Positions 60,255-64,000 of a stretch of DNA of 64,000 bases are shown one piece after another. The first letter of the stretch is position 1, and every line of letters begins with the position of its first letter. The position numbers and the translations under genes are program-made. This stretch comes from Centroscyllium fabricii (Eukaryota), in the NCBI GenBank assembly GCA_051313645.2, contig JBNRSN020000005.1, forward strand, positions 179,924,001-179,988,000. The letters are read 5' to 3'. The notes below the pieces were generated by a model that was given only the letters and a program-made list of their open reading frames with translations, ran no database searches and was not told the DNA's origin.

Positions 60255-63187
60255 TGTTGCCGAATCAATGACCTCGGAGACGAGATGTAACGAGGTGAAA
60301 CAAAAGGCTTTTATTAGCGAAAAGGCAGGGCATGCACCAGCTAGTCGACCGCTCCCAGAATGAATGGGGGAAGGGAGACAGTCGCTTATGTACCTGGTCC
60401 TGGGAAGGAGGAGTCACAGGCGGGGCTAGCATGGGCATGCCCAGGTAAGCAACATACAGAGAACTATGTACATGCTCACAGGCCGTTGGTTACACACATA
60501 TATATTCAAAGTGGTTTACCACATTCACCCCTTGTTTAAAACAAATCCGGCGGGGCGAATGCGACGCAGTTCTTAGAGGTCGAGCCTGTCGGGCGCCCTG
60601 GTCTGCCTAGTCGATCAGCACACCGCTGGTGGTGGAGTCGGCGGGCGCACCGTTGGGCCTCTGCCGACAGGGGAAAGGTGGTTGATTTAAGTAGTGGGCG
60701 GGCTTTGTCCGCATAGTTGGGGACCCACTGGGCATAGTAAGAAAAGAACCCCAGGCACCTTTTCAGGGCCTTGAGGGAGTGGGGGAGGGGGAGCTCCAGG
60801 AGGGGGCGCATGCGGTCCGGGTCGGGACCGATGACCCCATTCTCCACAACACTGCCGAGGATGGCGAGGCTGGTTGTCCTGAACACACATTTTTCTGTGT
60901 TATAGGTCAGGTTTAACATTTTGGCGGTGTGGAGAAATCTCTGGAGGTTGGCGTCATGGTCCTGCTGGTCGTGGCCGCAGATGGTCACATTATCGAGATA
61001 CGGAAAGGTGGCCCGCAGTCCGTACTGATCAACCATTCGGTCCATCTCCCTTTGGAAGACCGAGGCCCCGTTGGTGACGCCAAATGGAACCCTGAGGAAG
61101 TGATAGAGGCGGCCATCAGCCTCGAAGGCAGTATAGTGACGGTCCTCTGAGCGGATGGGGAGCTGGTGGTACGCAGACTTCAGATCGATGGTCGAGAAGA
61201 CCCGAAACTGGGCGATCTGGTTCACCATGTCCGCTATGCGGGGGAGGGGATACGCATCTAGCTGCATAAACCGGTTGACGGTCTGACTGTAGTCCACAAC
61301 CATCCGGTGTTTGGCTCCGGTCTTCACCACCACTACCTGCGCCCTCCAGGGGCTATTACTGGCCTCGATAACCCCCTCCTTCAGGAGCCGCTTCACCTCA
61401 GACTTGATGAAGTCTCTGTCCCCGGTACTGTAGCGCCTACTTTTGGTGGCGACGGGCTTGCAGTCCGGGGTGAGGTTGGCAAAGAGCGAGGGGGGGGCGA
61501 CCTTAAGGGTCGAGAGGCCGCAGGTAGCGCGCTGTGGGTACTGCGGGGAGCGCTGGTTGCTGACCGTGAGCGGGGGAAGGGGCCCACCGTACGCCATGGT
61601 AACGCTCTGGAGGTGGCACTGAAAATCGAGGCCCAGCAGTAAGGGAGCGCAGAGCTGCGGCAGCACGAATACTTTAAAATTACTGAAGTGTACGCCCCGC
61701 ACTGTCAGGGTCACAACGCAGTGACCGCAGACGTCCGCAGATTCGGACTTAGACGCCATCGGTATTTTTTGTCTAGCCGGCATGACTTTAAGGGAGAAGC
61801 ACTTTACCGTATCTGGATGGATGAAGCTCGCCGTGCTCCCGCTGTCAAAAAGGCACTCTGTACTCCGCCCGTTCACCTGCACCGTCATCATAGATCTGCT
61901 GAGTGGCTGACTCTTGTTCTGGTCGAGTGTGATGGGGGCCAGTATCGGGTCGGTCGAGTCAGTTGAGAGGTCTGGGGCCTGTTCCCAAGATGGCTGCCGC
62001 CACGCAGCGTGCTGTGATGGAGATGGCTGTGTCCAAGATGGCGTCTGCTCCCACGCGGCGGGCTGTGGTGGAGATGGCTGTGTCCAAGATGGCTGCCCCC
62101 ACGGCCCACACGCGGCGCTGCCCGGTTTGGAGGGCGCTATTGCCGCTGCTCTGCAGACTTTAGCGAAATGTCCTTTCTTACCGCATTTCGAGCAGGCCGC
62201 CTCTCTCGCCGGGCAGTTTCGCCTGGGATGTTGGGCCTGGCCGCAGAAGTAGCATTTCGGCCCTCTCGAGTGCGTAGCCACAGTCATCTCTTCCGCCGGT
62301 CGCGGCGCGGCCGGCTGTGCCCAAGATGGCGGCGCCGGCGATGGGGCCACGTGGTTGCCCGAGTAAGACGACAAGTTAAGGGACACCAAGTCCAGCGCGT
62401 TCCCCAGGTCAGCTGTCGCCTGCAGGTCCATACCGTTTTGCTCCAAGAGTCTTTGGCGGATATAATCGGACCTGAGGCCAGTCACATAAGCGTCCCTGAT
62501 GAGACTGTCCGCGTGCACCTGGGCTGTCTGTAACTTACAGTTGCAGGCCCGGCAGAGGACTCTCAGCGCTCGTAGGAACTCCACGCTCGATTCCCCGGGA
62601 TGCTGCTTTCTGGTGGCCAGGAGGTGTCTGGCGTGGACGAGGTTCGGTGTCCGGTTGTACTCGGCTTTTAGAATCCGGATCGCATCTAGGTAGGACGATG
62701 CATCCGCGATCATCGAGTAGCTTTGGGGGCCCACCCGGGCGTTGAGAAGGCGCCGCTTGTCCTCCTCTGTCCGGACGACCGCCGCGTTTGCTTTGAGGAA
62801 CGCGTCGAAACAGTCGAACCAGTGCGTGAAGGTATTGGAGGCGCCTGGTGTTTGGGGATCCAGTTCGAACGTTGCTGGTTTTAGCATGGACTCCATAGTT
62901 AAATTTAGCTAATAAAATTGTTACCGAATCAACGACCTCGGAGACGAGATGTAACGAGGTGAAACAAAAGGCTTTTATTAGCTAAAAGGTAGGGCATGCA
63001 CCAGCTAGTCGATCGCTCCCAGAATGAATGGGGGAAGGGAGACAGTCGCTTATGTACCTGTTCCTGGGAAGGAGGAGTCACAGGCGGGGCTAGCATGGGC
63101 ATGCCCAGGTAAGCAACATACAGAGAACTATGTACATTATCACAGGCCGTTGGTTACACACATATATATACAAAGTGGTTTACCACA
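60255..63187 (-). mobile_element. Internally deleted Gypsy LTR retrotransposon without a tRNA PBS
   Basis: 269-bp LTRs at 60255-60523 and 62919-63187 (about 9 mismatches); TSD ATACC/CTACC; PPT AAGGGGTGAA. Confidence 0.93.
60536..62896 (-). CDS. Gag-protease-RT ORF (786 aa) lacking RNase H and integrase
   Basis: CYFCGQAQHPRRNC and CSKCGKKGHFAKVC knuckles, FDSGS protease, DLKSAYHQ, PFGVTN, YLDN; homology to the 33839 element ends after TTFPLSAEAQ. Confidence 0.88.
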   Translation of the reverse strand: MESMLKPATFELDPQTPGASNTFTHWFDCFDAFLKANAAVVRTEEDKRRLLNARVGPQSYSMIADASSYLDAIRILKAEYNRTPNLVHARHLLATRKQHPGESSVEFLRALRVLCRACNCKLQTAQVHADSLIRDAYVTGLRSDYIRQRLLEQNGMDLQATADLGNALDLVSLNLSSYSGNHVAPSPAPPSWAQPAAPRPAEEMTVATHSRGPKCYFCGQAQHPRRNCPAREAACSKCGKKGHFAKVCRAAAIAPSKPGSAACGPWGQPSWTQPSPPQPAAWEQTPSWTQPSPSQHAAWRQPSWEQAPDLSTDSTDPILAPITLDQNKSQPLSRSMMTVQVNGRSTECLFDSGSTASFIHPDTVKCFSLKVMPARQKIPMASKSESADVCGHCVVTLTVRGVHFSNFKVFVLPQLCAPLLLGLDFQCHLQSVTMAYGGPLPPLTVSNQRSPQYPQRATCGLSTLKVAPPSLFANLTPDCKPVATKSRRYSTGDRDFIKSEVKRLLKEGVIEASNSPWRAQVVVVKTGAKHRMVVDYSQTVNRFMQLDAYPLPRIADMVNQIAQFRVFSTIDLKSAYHQLPIRSEDRHYTAFEADGRLYHFLRVPFGVTNGASVFQREMDRMVDQYGLRATFPYLDNVTICGHDQQDHDANLQRFLHTAKMLNLTYNTEKCVFRTTSLAILGSVVENGVIGPDPDRMRPLLELPLPHSLKALKRCLGFFSYYAQWVPNYADKARPLLKSTTFPLSAEAQRCARRLHHQRCADRLGRPGRPTGSTSKNCVAFAPPDLF

Positions 63188-63269
63188 CTACCATACCCCA
63201 CAAAAGTGCTTAATTGGTTGTAAAACGCTTTGGGACGTCCTGAGGTTGAGAAAGGCGCGATATAAATGC

Positions 63270-63860
63270 AATAACAACATGTATTTGCACAGCGTCTTTA
63301 ACGTAGTAAAACCGTCTCAAGGTGCTTCACAGGAGTAACAAACGACAAAAATTTGACACCAATCCACATAGTAAAAACCAGGGCAGGCAACCAAAAGCCT
63401 GGCCAAAGAGGTAGGCCTCAAGGAGCGTCCCAAGGAGGAAAGAGACATAGAGAAGCGGAGAGATCCAGGCAGGGAATTCCAGGGCCCAGGCAACAAAAGG
63501 CACAGCCACCAATGGCCGAGCGATCACAATCAGGGACGCTCAAGAGGGTAGAATTAGAGGAGCGTAAACATCTCGGGGGGGCCGTGGGGCTGAAGGAGAT
63601 TACAGAGACAGGGAGGGGCGAGGCCTTGGAGGGACCCGAAAACAAGGACAAGAATCCCGAAATCAAGGTGTTGCTTAACTGGGAGCCAATATAGGTCAGC
63701 GAGCATAGGGGCGATGGGCGAACGGGACCCGGCGCAAGCCAGAACATGGACAGCCGAGTCTTGAATCACCTCAAGTTTACGTAGAGTAGAATGTGGGAGG
63801 CCAGCCAGGAGTGCGTTGGAATAGTAAAGTTCAGAGGTAACAAAGGCATGGATGAGCAAG
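63270..63860 (-). mobile_element. L2 LINE 3' fragment
   Basis: LIHAFVTS.L.YSNALLAGLP...L..IQ.SA...I.PMLADLYWLPV...LAP..L..LL. Confidence 0.85.
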
Positions 63861-64000
63861 TCTTTCTTTTTACCTCCATTGTGAGGGATGAGCAGTATTG
63901 GCTGCTTCATGTGTGCTTTGTGAATAGAATGGAAAATAGATAATTTAACAACTAGACCTGGAACTGAAAACTACTTTAAAAAAAAACAGGGATGTAAATA

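Overview
Eukaryotic DNA, most likely from a cartilaginous fish (inferred from HE1-like and Deu-domain SINEs and the CR1 families). The window lies inside the introns of a minus-strand host gene, CFAP61. Six in-frame exons are recognisable (54943-54982, 53031-53170, 42202-42328, 25885-25962, 15656-15862, 14908-15042; 727 nt, about 1% of the window). Most of the rest is transposon-derived. It holds an apparently intact two-gene PIF/Harbinger transposon (1-4132), three LTR-bounded Gypsy-type retrotransposons with TSDs, solo LTRs, Rex1/Babar, CR1, L2, Tx1-like and Penelope fragments, SINEs and several Harbinger-type MITEs, often nested. Most notable: (i) two diverged Gypsy elements with non-canonical YLDN-type RT motifs lack a tRNA PBS and instead carry a 12-14 nt perfect reverse complement of their own LTR poly(A)-signal region, a candidate self-priming/poly(A)-masking hairpin; (ii) about 10.4-bp helically phased TC(G) arrays at both ends of the Harbinger; (iii) minimal hammerhead ribozyme motifs, one captured inside the Harbinger with a compensatory stem change; (iv) a MITE family carrying a 52-nt cryptic exon in the host-gene sense orientation. 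All family assignments come from motif recognition, not database searches.
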